In this document: one piece after another, positions 13,829 to 21,784 of the stretch
How positions within the stretch are numbered: the first letter of the stretch is position 1
Layout: every line of letters begins with the position of its first letter
Origin: Candidatus Aminicenantes bacterium
Lineage (GTDB): Bacteria > Acidobacteriota > Aminicenantia > Aminicenantales > Saccharicenantaceae
Length of the DNA stretch: 64,000 nucleotides
Assembly (NCBI GenBank): GCA_041320535.1
Contig: JBGLNH010000001.1
Coordinates: 7,670-71,669 of the forward strand
Reading direction: 5' to 3'
Notes under the pieces: generated by a model
What the model saw: the letters and a program-made list of their open reading frames with translations, nothing else
What the model was told of the DNA's origin: nothing
The model's database searches: none
Made by a program: the position numbers and the translations under genes

Positions 13829-16443
13829 CGGATGTCGCCGGGCACGGCCCGGTCCGGGTTGAAGCGGACCCGGGACGGCCGCCCCGGCAGGGTCAGGCTC
13901 ACGTCCTCGGTCGTCTTGTCGACGACGACCATCGTCCGGCCCGTTCTCTTGCCGACCGTCCACTCGATCCAGAGCGGGAAGACGAACCGGCCCCGGGTCT
14001 GGACGATCCGGACGTCGAGTCGGACGCCTTCCGCGACGGGCGTCTCGGACCAGCTCGTCCTGACGACCGGCAATTCCCAGGCGTAGAACCAGCCCCGGAA
14101 GAAGTCCCCCAGGTCCCGTCCCGCGGCGGTCTCCATGGCCTTGATGAAATCGCCCGTCCGGGCGGCCCGGAACTTGTGCTCCCGGTAGAAGGCGCGAAGG
14201 CCGGCCTCGAAGGCCTCCCGCCCGACGAGGTCCTGGAGCATGAACAGGGCCAGGGCGGACTTGTCGTAGACGATGGCCTGGTAGGCGGCGAAATCGTGGT
14301 AGCTCAGGCGCGAGCCCATCAGGATCGGGCCGCGGAACGATTTCTTCACTGTCCAACGCGAGAACTTCTTCAGGATGGAAGCCAGGGCCGAGGGGCCGTA
14401 CCTGTGGCCGAGATAGGAGGCCGCCGCGAACTGCGCCAGCCCCTCGCTCAGCCACTGGTCCTTGTAGGAGTCGAAGGACACGCCCTGGCCCCACCACTGG
14501 TGGGCGATCTCGTGGGCCAGGAAGTACTCCTCCCAGGACGACAGGTCGACCGGGGTGTCCGCCGGCCTGCGAAAGCCGGATTCCGGGGACCAGGAGGCCT
14601 CGTTGAGGACGACGAACGAAGCCGGGCTGTGCCCGCCGAAGTCCGGCCAGAACCGGAGGACGATGGCCAGCTTCTCGTAGGGGTAGGGGCCGAAGGCCCG
14701 GACGAAGAAGTCGAGGATGTCGACGGCCTGGTCGGCCAGCTCGGGCCGGGCATTGAGCATGTCCGTGGAGGCCTGGACGCTGACCGGGACGACGGCCGCG
14801 CGCTCCCGGGCGCGCCCGAACTTCCCGATGATGAACGACAGGTATTTCACGGGCGTCCGGGCGGCGAAGGTGTAGACGGCGCTGCCGGCCTTTTCGATGG
14901 CCGCGACGTCGCCCATCTCCTCCCGCCGCCCCTGGAAGACGAGCTCCCCGTTGGCGATGCACTTGTACTCGGGCGGGACGACCAGGGTCAGGCTGGCCTC
15001 GAAGTAGTCCTCCTCGGGCGGTCCCGGGTACCAGAAGCCGGAGTGGGAGAAAAAGTAGGTGTCGTAGCGGGGCTGGAACAGGACCTTCTCGCCGCCCCCC
15101 GACTGGCCGATGACGTCCGTCGTCGGCTGGGGCGGCCGCATCCGGCCGCGGTAGAAGACCCGGACGGAGGTCTTCGCGCCCAGGACCGCCGGGTCCTGGA
15201 GATAGACGTAGAGGATCTTGCGGAGCCGGTCCCGCGTGTAGAAGAGATCGCGGTCCTCGTCGTCCGTGATGCGCAGGATCTCGAGGTCGGGATTGAAGCG
15301 GAACTTGAGGCTGTCGAGCCGTTCCACCCTGGGCACGAACTCGATGCGGGCCTTGGCCGAAAGGGCCGAGGACGCGGGCGAGAAGCCCAGCTCGAGGTCG
15401 TAGGCGCTGACGTCGAACTTCTCCTCGAAGGAGATGAACATCCGCTTCAGGGGCTTGCCCCCTTCGGCGTTCGGGCTGTAGAGGCTGACGATCCGGTCCC
15501 GGGCGTGGTCGAAGAGGCTGATCTCTTCGTCGGAGAACGGGAAGAAGACGTAGGCCAGCTCGCCGGCCTTGCGGGCCTTGAACTCCAGCACGGCCTCCTC
15601 GCCCCGGGGCAGGAACGAGAGGAGGCTCCCGTCGAGGGAGCTCTCGATCGTGAACGAGCGGGGGTAGTTGCGGGCGAAGACGGCCGCGGCCCGGGCCCGC
15701 TCGGCGGCCGACACCGCGGCGGCCCCGGCGGCGGGCTCGACGACGACGTTCGAAGCCAGGAAATCCGAGGAGCCGCGGATATAGAGCGAATCGATCTCGT
15801 CCTCGAGGCGGTCCTTCTTGTAGAGGAGCCCCAGCTGGTGCTTCTCGTTGGGATCCGAGGGCGAGAACACGACGCGTCCCCGGCCGACGACGGTCAGGGC
15901 CGTTTCGACGTCCGGGATGTCGTCGTAGAAGACGGCCGCGTCCTCGAAGCTGAAGAGGATGTCGGTGTGCCGGACCTCGACGCGGCGGGCCCGGGCCACG
16001 CGTTCCGAGGACAGGCCGAGCTTGTAGAGCCGTGTCGTCGCGCCCGGGACGGTCAGCGCGGCCACGGACCAGGCCTCGCCCCTCCGGACCAGGGTCATCG
16101 ACCAGGGCTCGATGACCGCCGCGTGGGCGCTCTCGAAAAAGGCCTGGACGAAGACCCGGGCGGGGCCCGCCGCGGGGGTCTTGGCGCCGGCCGTGCGGAG
16201 GGTCACGCCGGTCATCCGGAGGTCGTCCCAGAACGTCGCTACGCGCGCCCCTTCGGCCGCCCGGAGCCCGGGCTCGAAGGCCCGGAGATAGGCCTCCCTG
16301 TCGCCGCCGCGGAGGAGGGATTGGATGCGCTCGACGAAGGCCTCGACGGTCTCGGGCCCGGCCGGGACGGGGGCCGCCTGAGGGGAGGACGGGAAGGGAC
16401 CCACCGAGAGAATGAACAGGATCCCCAGGAAAGCTCTCTTCAC
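13825..16443 (-). CDS. M1-family zinc aminopeptidase, secreted
   Basis: 872 aa with a GTG start and a signal peptide. Contains HEIAHQWWG (HExxH) and downstream WLSEGLAQF (third zinc ligand Glu). Confidence 0.85.
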   Translation of the reverse strand: MKRAFLGILFILSVGPFPSSPQAAPVPAGPETVEAFVERIQSLLRGGDREAYLRAFEPGLRAAEGARVATFWDDLRMTGVTLRTAGAKTPAAGPARVFVQAFFESAHAAVIEPWSMTLVRRGEAWSVAALTVPGATTRLYKLGLSSERVARARRVEVRHTDILFSFEDAAVFYDDIPDVETALTVVGRGRVVFSPSDPNEKHQLGLLYKKDRLEDEIDSLYIRGSSDFLASNVVVEPAAGAAAVSAAERARAAAVFARNYPRSFTIESSLDGSLLSFLPRGEEAVLEFKARKAGELAYVFFPFSDEEISLFDHARDRIVSLYSPNAEGGKPLKRMFISFEEKFDVSAYDLELGFSPASSALSAKARIEFVPRVERLDSLKFRFNPDLEILRITDDEDRDLFYTRDRLRKILYVYLQDPAVLGAKTSVRVFYRGRMRPPQPTTDVIGQSGGGEKVLFQPRYDTYFFSHSGFWYPGPPEEDYFEASLTLVVPPEYKCIANGELVFQGRREEMGDVAAIEKAGSAVYTFAARTPVKYLSFIIGKFGRARERAAVVPVSVQASTDMLNARPELADQAVDILDFFVRAFGPYPYEKLAIVLRFWPDFGGHSPASFVVLNEASWSPESGFRRPADTPVDLSSWEEYFLAHEIAHQWWGQGVSFDSYKDQWLSEGLAQFAAASYLGHRYGPSALASILKKFSRWTVKKSFRGPILMGSRLSYHDFAAYQAIVYDKSALALFMLQDLVGREAFEAGLRAFYREHKFRAARTGDFIKAMETAAGRDLGDFFRGWFYAWELPVVRTSWSETPVAEGVRLDVRIVQTRGRFVFPLWIEWTVGKRTGRTMVVVDKTTEDVSLTLPGRPSRVRFNPDRAVPGDIR

Positions 16444-16453
16444 CGCATCCCCT

Positions 16454-16462
16454 ATTATAACA
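16454..16462 (-). promoter_or_regulatory. extended -10 element TGTTATAAT upstream of the aminopeptidase gene
   Basis: Complement of attataaca at 16454-16462. The same cctattataaca 12-mer recurs at 46351-46362. Confidence 0.35.
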
Positions 16463-16604
16463 TCGTGTATCGACCGCCAATATTTGAGTTAGCCGATTTC
16501 ATGCCAAGGGGAGCCCCGGCCGCGGCCTCGGGAGGCGGACGCCGCAGCGGGGGCAGAGGGGCATGGGCCTCCGGAGGGATGTAAACGATCTTTACTCCGG
16601 GCGG

Positions 16605-16910
16605 TTATTTCTTGAGCTCTCGGCCGAGGGCCTGCTCGACGTCGCGGACCTTGCCGGCGATGCGGCCGGAGGCCCCCGCGCGGTCGTCGATGGTCACGTG
16701 GGTCAGGACCCGGGACGATTCCCCGCGCATGGCCTCGTGGCAGCGGCGGACAAGGCCCAGGACCTCGTCCCAGTCCCCCTCCACGATCGTCCCCATGGCC
16801 GTCAGGCGGTAGGGCAGGCCGCTCCTGTCGACGAGGTCGAGGACGCGGGCGACCGGCCCGGCGAGCTCCTCGCCGCGGCCGACGGGGACGACGCTGAATT
16901 CGACGATCAT
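16605..16910 (-). CDS. MTH1187/YkoF-family (DUF77) small ligand-binding protein
   Basis: 101 aa, MIVEFSVVPVG...LPYRLTAMGTIVEGDWDEV..., matching the family pattern. Confidence 0.6.
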   Translation of the reverse strand: MIVEFSVVPVGRGEELAGPVARVLDLVDRSGLPYRLTAMGTIVEGDWDEVLGLVRRCHEAMRGESSRVLTHVTIDDRAGASGRIAGKVRDVEQALGRELKK

Positions 16911-16919
16911 GACGCCCGC

Positions 16920-17375
16920 CTAGCTCTTGTCCTTCTCGCGGTCCTTCTTCGGCGAGGGCTTCTTGAGGCGCTCTTCCCAGGTGATGAAGCTGTGATAGAA
17001 GACGGCGTCTCCCTCGTCGATGCCCCGCGTGATCTCGGTGATGTGCGAGGTCTCGGCGCCGAACTCCTCGACGGCGTAGACGACGGCCTTGTCCGGCTTG
17101 ACCTCGGCGCCGCAGGTGTAGATGTCCAGGGCGGCGTAGCCCATCTCCGGCCACGTGTGGGTGGAGATGTGCGACTCCGAGATGACGACGACGCCGCTGA
17201 CGCCCATCGGCGGGAATTTGCTGAACGAGATCGACCAGACGTGGGCGCCGGCGATCTCGGCCGCCCGGACGAGGATCTGTTGGACCTTCTCGACGCTCCC
17301 GATGACCTTCGGATCGCAGCCCGAGGCCTCGACGATGTAATGATGGCCGATCGGGAAATGCTTTGTCTTGACCAT
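16920..17375 (-). CDS. speH: S-adenosylmethionine decarboxylase proenzyme (pyruvoyl, SpeH type)
   Basis: VVVISESHISTHTWPE self-cleavage (E|S) motif. 151 aa. Confidence 0.85.
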   Translation of the reverse strand: MVKTKHFPIGHHYIVEASGCDPKVIGSVEKVQQILVRAAEIAGAHVWSISFSKFPPMGVSGVVVISESHISTHTWPEMGYAALDIYTCGAEVKPDKAVVYAVEEFGAETSHITEITRGIDEGDAVFYHSFITWEERLKKPSPKKDREKDKS

Positions 17376-17450
17376 CGCGCCCTCCTCCCGGGAGATCGGA
17401 AAAACGGATTATGGCACAACGGGGGAATCTGTCAAGGCCGGCGCGGGGGC

Positions 17451-17909
17451 TCAGACGGGGAGCCGGGGCTCCTCTTTGACGACGTTGAGGACGAGGTGCG
17501 TCACGGTCCGGTCGACGTGGGGGATGGCCAGGAGCGCCTTGACGAACGCGTTGAGGTCCTCGCGCCCGGCGAAGCGCCCGAGAACGAAGCAGTCCCACTC
17601 CCCCGTGACGTCGTAGACGGCGGCCACCCGCGGGTCCCGGGCGATCCTCTTCTGGGTCTCGATGAGCTTGCCTTTCGAGATGCGGACGGCGACGATGGCC
17701 GCCAGGCCGAGGCCGAAGTGGTCCGGGTCGACGACCGGGACGTAGCCCCGGACGGCCCCGGCCGCTTCGAGCCGCTTGACGGTGTGGATGACCGCAGTGA
17801 CCGAGGTCCCGACCTCCTTGGCCACCTCGCGGAAGCTCTTGCGGGCGTTGGCGTTGAGGACGCGGATGATCTTCCGGTCCAACTCGTCGATCATGGGCGG
17901 AACCTCCAA
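17451..17909 (-). CDS. Lrp/AsnC-family transcriptional regulator
   Basis: LDRKIIRVLNANARKSFREVAKEVGTSVTAVIHTVKRLEAAG HTH plus a C-terminal RAM domain. Divergent from glnA. Confidence 0.85.
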   Translation of the reverse strand: MEVPPMIDELDRKIIRVLNANARKSFREVAKEVGTSVTAVIHTVKRLEAAGAVRGYVPVVDPDHFGLGLAAIVAVRISKGKLIETQKRIARDPRVAAVYDVTGEWDCFVLGRFAGREDLNAFVKALLAIPHVDRTVTHLVLNVVKEEPRLPV

Positions 17910-17964
17910 TTATCGCTTTTTTTACCATATTATCGGCCAATTGTAAATATATTTTTTCTATATA

Positions 17965-17994
17965 TTGACATTTGTATTCATTCTGTCCTAAATA
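17965..17994 (+). promoter_or_regulatory. candidate sigma-70 promoter for glnA inside an AT-rich divergent spacer
   Basis: TTGACA at 17965-17970 and TAAATA about 18 nt downstream. The surrounding 17910-18000 is strikingly AT-rich for this genome. Confidence 0.35.
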
Positions 17995-18030
17995 ATCGAC
18001 ATCGATCACGGCCCCGCAAGGAGGAAGACC

Positions 18031-19440
18031 ATGGCCAGAGCGGCGCATCCCCCGGCTTTCAAGGCCTTCGGGACGAGGGACGAGCAGGACGTCCTCGCGG
18101 TCCTGCGCGACCCGGCGAGCGACATCCGGTTCATCCGGCTCGTGTTCCCGGACATCCTCGGACGGCCCATGGACTTCACCATCCCGGCCTCCGAGCTCGG
18201 GGCCGCGTTCAAGGAGGGCAAAGGCTTCGACGGCTCGTCCATCGCCGGCTTCGTCCGCATCGAGGAGTCCGACCTCGTCATCAAGCCCGACCCGAGGACC
18301 TTCCGCGTCCTGCCCTGGACGTACACGGGCTTCGCCGAAGGCGTCCGGTGGCGCGAGGCGGTCATGTTCGGCGACGTCCTCCAGCCCGACGGGACCGTCT
18401 ACGCCGGCGACAGCCGGGCCGCCCTCAAGCGGGTCCTGGCCCGGGCCCGCAAGGAGCTGGCCATCGAGGACTTCAAGTGCGGGCCCGAGCTCGAATTCTT
18501 CATCTTCCCGTCGAGCGACGCGCCGGCCCTGACCGACGCCGGGGGTTATTTCTTCAGCGGCCGGCACGGCGAGATCCGCAAGGAGATCCAGCTGCTCCTC
18601 CACCGCATGGGCATCGCGACCGAGTTCGACCACCACGAGGCCGCGCCCAGCCAGCACGAGATCGACCTGCGCTTCCTCGACGCCGTGGAGATGGCCGACA
18701 CGGCCATGATCTTCCGCTACATGGTCAAGAAGGTCTGCCGCATGCACGGCCTCTACGCGACCTTCATGCCCAAGCCGGTCAACGGGCACAACGGCAGCGG
18801 CATGCACGTCCACCAGTCGCTCTGGCGAGGCGGCAAGAACCTCTTCTTCGACAAGAACGGGCCCTACCACCTGTCGCTCCTGGCCCGGCGCTACATGGCC
18901 GGTTTGATGACCCACGCCCGCGAGATCTCGGCCGTCCTCAGCCAATGGGCCAACTCCTACAAGCGGCTCATCGAGGGCTACGAGGCCCCGGTCTACGTGG
19001 CCTGGGGCCAGAGGAACCGGTCCGCCTACATCCGCGTGCCCGAGTACCAGCCGGGCAAGGAGAAGGCGACCCGGATCGAGCTGCGGGCGGCCGACCCGGC
19101 CTGCAACATCTACCTCGCCTTCGCCGTCATGCTGGCCGCGGGCGCGGAGGGCATCCGCCGGAGGTACGAGCTCGTCGAGCCGGTCGAGGAGAACATCTAC
19201 CGGATGAGCGGGGCCAGGCAGAAGAGGTTCGAGATCCGGACCCTCCCCCGCGACCTCGAGGAGGCCGTCCGCGTCATGGAGAAGAGCGTCGTCGTCCGGG
19301 AGGCCCTCGGCGACAACATCTTCGGGAAGCTCGTCGCCAACAAGCTCAAGGAGGTCGACGAATACGGCCGGAACGTCTCGGGCGAGTTCGACAAGCAGGT
19401 CAGCGATCACGAGATCCGCCGCTATCTTCCCGTTCTTTGA
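18031..19440 (+). CDS. glnA: glutamine synthetase, type I
   Basis: 469 aa with AGGAGG Shine-Dalgarno upstream. GS beta-grasp and catalytic domain motifs (GSGMHVHQSLW, NRSAYIRVP). Confidence 0.9.
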   Translation: MARAAHPPAFKAFGTRDEQDVLAVLRDPASDIRFIRLVFPDILGRPMDFTIPASELGAAFKEGKGFDGSSIAGFVRIEESDLVIKPDPRTFRVLPWTYTGFAEGVRWREAVMFGDVLQPDGTVYAGDSRAALKRVLARARKELAIEDFKCGPELEFFIFPSSDAPALTDAGGYFFSGRHGEIRKEIQLLLHRMGIATEFDHHEAAPSQHEIDLRFLDAVEMADTAMIFRYMVKKVCRMHGLYATFMPKPVNGHNGSGMHVHQSLWRGGKNLFFDKNGPYHLSLLARRYMAGLMTHAREISAVLSQWANSYKRLIEGYEAPVYVAWGQRNRSAYIRVPEYQPGKEKATRIELRAADPACNIYLAFAVMLAAGAEGIRRRYELVEPVEENIYRMSGARQKRFEIRTLPRDLEEAVRVMEKSVVVREALGDNIFGKLVANKLKEVDEYGRNVSGEFDKQVSDHEIRRYLPVL

Positions 19441-19449
19441 ACGACGGGC

Positions 19450-19478
19450 TTGCCATGGCGGGGCCCGCTCAATATAAT
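19450..19478 (+). promoter_or_regulatory. candidate promoter giving a leaderless nuoE-like transcript
   Basis: TTGCCA (19450-19455), 17-nt spacer, TATAAT (19473-19478). ATG 19485 starts 7 nt after the -10 and has no Shine-Dalgarno. Confidence 0.4.
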
Positions 19479-19484
19479 GCCCGC

Positions 19485-19958
19485 ATGTTGCCGACCCGGA
19501 CCGAGCTCGAGGCCCTGACCGAGAAGTACGCCGGCCGCAAGCGGGCCCTGGTCCAGGTCCTCCAGGACGTCCAGGACCGCTTCCAATGGCTGCCCCCGGA
19601 AGCCCTCGAGCACGTCGCCGAGGCCCTCGGCGTCCCGCTGGTCCAGGTCTACGGCGTGGCGACCTTCTACAGGTCTTTCAGCCTGTCGCCGCGGGGACGG
19701 CACATCTGCACGGTCTGCCTGGGCACGGCCTGCCATGTCCGCGGCGGCGGGGCCGTCCTCGAGGAGTTCGAGCGGCGGCTGCGGGTCCCCGCCGGCCAAA
19801 CGACGCCCGACGGCCGCTACACGCTCGAGCGGGTCAACTGCCTGGGCGCCTGCGCCCTGGCCCCTCTGGCCGTCGTCGACGGCCGCTACCACGGCCAGAT
19901 GTCCCAGGCCAAGGTCGAGGCCGTGCTGGCCGAGGCCGGGAAGGACGGGACGTCGTGA
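19485..19958 (+). CDS. NuoE/HoxE-like [2Fe-2S] thioredoxin-fold subunit
   Basis: Tail of track ORF 16563..19958: MLPTRTELEALTEKYAGRKRALVQVLQDVQ...CTVCLGTACHVRGG...VNCLGACALAP (four Cys ligands). An alternative in-frame ATG lies at 19455. Confidence 0.85.
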   Translation: MLPTRTELEALTEKYAGRKRALVQVLQDVQDRFQWLPPEALEHVAEALGVPLVQVYGVATFYRSFSLSPRGRHICTVCLGTACHVRGGGAVLEEFERRLRVPAGQTTPDGRYTLERVNCLGACALAPLAVVDGRYHGQMSQAKVEAVLAEAGKDGTS

Positions 19959-21784
19959 CGACCTGCCGGGCCCACCTGCTCGTCTGCGCCGGGACGGGCT
20001 GCGTCTCCTGCGGGGCCTTCGACATCCGCCGGTCCCTCGAGGAGGAGGTGAAGCGCCGCGGGCTCGATCAGGAGGTCCTGGTCGTGGCCACGGGCTGCAA
20101 CGGGTTCTGCGAGCGGGGGCCGATCGTTCTCGTCCAGCCCGACGGCGTGTTCTACCAGCGGCTCGGGCCGGCCGACGTCCCCCGTCTCGTCGAGGAGCAC
20201 CTCATCAAGGGCCGGCCGGTCCGGAGCCTGATGTACGTGCCACCCCGGGAAGAAGATCCCGTGCCGCGGATGAAGGACATCGAGTTCTTCAAACACCAGC
20301 GGCTGATCGTGCTCAGCAACCGCGGCCGGATCGACCCGGAGAGGATCGACGACTACATCGCCTACGAAGGCTACGCCGCCGCCGCCAAGGCCCTGGCCGA
20401 GATGACGCCCGAGGGGATCGTCGACGAGGTCGCCGCGTCGGGCCTCCGCGGCCGGGGCGGCGCGGGCTTCCCGACCGGCCGGAAATGGCAGGCCGCCCGG
20501 CGCGCGCCGGGAGAGCCGCGCTACGTCGTCTGCAACGGCGACGAGGGCGATCCCGGCGCCTTCATGGACCGCTCCGTCCTCGAGGCCGACCCCCACGCGG
20601 TCATCGAGGGGATGATCATCGGGGCCAGGGCGATCGGCGCGGCCCGGGGCTTCCTCTACATCCGGAACGAATACCCGCTGGCCATCTCCCGCGTCGGCGT
20701 CGCCCTGGAGCAGGCCCGGCGATACGGCCTCCTCGGCCGCGACATCCTGGGCACGGGCTTCGATTTCGACCTCGAGATCGTCCGCGGCGCGGGCGCCTTC
20801 GTCTCCGGCGAGGAGACCGCCCTGCTGGCTTCGATCGAGGGCGGCCGGGCCTATCCCCGCCAGCGTCCCCCCTATCCGGCCGAGCGGGGCCTCTGGGGCC
20901 GGCCGACCGTGATCAACAACGTCGAGACCTGGGCCAACGTCCCGCACATCATCCGCCGCGGGGCGGCCTGGTTCGCCGGCCTGGGGACGGGGACGAGCAA
21001 GGGCACGAAGATCTTCTCCCTCGTCGGCAAGATCGCCAACACGGGCCTGGTCGAGGTGCCGATGGGCATCACGCTCCGCGAGATCGTCTTCGGCATCGGC
21101 GGCGGCATCCCGAACGGCCGCGAGTTCAAGGCCGTGCAGATCGGCGGGCCCTCGGGGGGATGCATCCCCCGATCGGGGCTCGATCTGGCCGTCGACTACG
21201 AGAGCCTGAAGGACGCCGGGAGCATGATGGGCTCCGGCGGCATGATCGTCATGGACGAGGACACCTGCATGGTGGACATCGCCCTCTACTTCCTGCGCTT
21301 CGCCGAGGAGGAATCGTGCGGGAAGTGCTCCCCGTGCCGGGTCGGGACGGCCGAGATGGCCCGCCTCCTGGCCAAGATCACGGCCGGGGACGGCACGGAG
21401 GACGACCTCGCCCGCCTCGAGACCCTGGCGGCCGCCGTCAAGCAGGGCTCCCTCTGCGGGCTCGGCCAGACCGCGCCCAATCCCGTCCTGACGACGCTCC
21501 GGTATTTCCGCGACGAGTACGAGGCCCACGTCTTCGACAAGCGCTGTCCGGCCCTGGCCTGCAAGGCCCTCATCACCTACTCCATCGACCCGGACAAGTG
21601 CGTCGGCTGCCTCCTCTGCAAGAAGGCCTGCCCGACGGGGGCCATCTCCGGGGAGCTCAAGAAGGCCCACGTGGTCGACCAGGACGCCTGCATCAGGTGC
21701 GGCCTCTGCCTCGGCGTCTGCCCGGCCAAGGTCCGGGCCGTCCGCAAGACGACCGGCCGGACGGCCGCGGGAGAAGGACGATGA
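19955..21784 (+). CDS. NuoF/HydB/HndC-like NAD(P)H-binding flavoprotein subunit with N-terminal [2Fe-2S] and C-terminal 2x[4Fe-4S] domains
   Basis: GTG 19955 overlaps the nuoE-like stop (GTGA). Motifs: CAGTGCVSCG...GCNGFCERGP; GLRGRGGAGFPTGRKW; SCGKCSPCR; CVGCLLCKKACP...CIRCGLCLGVCP. Confidence 0.9.
   Translation: MTTCRAHLLVCAGTGCVSCGAFDIRRSLEEEVKRRGLDQEVLVVATGCNGFCERGPIVLVQPDGVFYQRLGPADVPRLVEEHLIKGRPVRSLMYVPPREEDPVPRMKDIEFFKHQRLIVLSNRGRIDPERIDDYIAYEGYAAAAKALAEMTPEGIVDEVAASGLRGRGGAGFPTGRKWQAARRAPGEPRYVVCNGDEGDPGAFMDRSVLEADPHAVIEGMIIGARAIGAARGFLYIRNEYPLAISRVGVALEQARRYGLLGRDILGTGFDFDLEIVRGAGAFVSGEETALLASIEGGRAYPRQRPPYPAERGLWGRPTVINNVETWANVPHIIRRGAAWFAGLGTGTSKGTKIFSLVGKIANTGLVEVPMGITLREIVFGIGGGIPNGREFKAVQIGGPSGGCIPRSGLDLAVDYESLKDAGSMMGSGGMIVMDEDTCMVDIALYFLRFAEEESCGKCSPCRVGTAEMARLLAKITAGDGTEDDLARLETLAAAVKQGSLCGLGQTAPNPVLTTLRYFRDEYEAHVFDKRCPALACKALITYSIDPDKCVGCLLCKKACPTGAISGELKKAHVVDQDACIRCGLCLGVCPAKVRAVRKTTGRTAAGEGR

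Noticed and set aside
16525-16580. Possible fifth mini-copy of the repeat family (cctcgggaggcggacgccgcagcgggggcagagggg).
   Set aside because: Only short GC-rich segments match, and the hairpin set is not retained. The similarity could be chance in GC-rich DNA and needs a statistical alignment.
17412-17428. TGGCAC hexamer resembling a sigma-54 -24 element.
   Set aside because: No TTGC follows at the -12 spacing. It is also on the plus strand between two minus-strand genes.
19586-21784. N-terminal extensions of track ORFs 19586..21784 and 19735..23448.
   Set aside because: The upstream parts overlap the nuoE-like and nuoF-like genes out of frame. The real starts are GTG 19955 and ATG 21781, at coupled stop/start overlaps.
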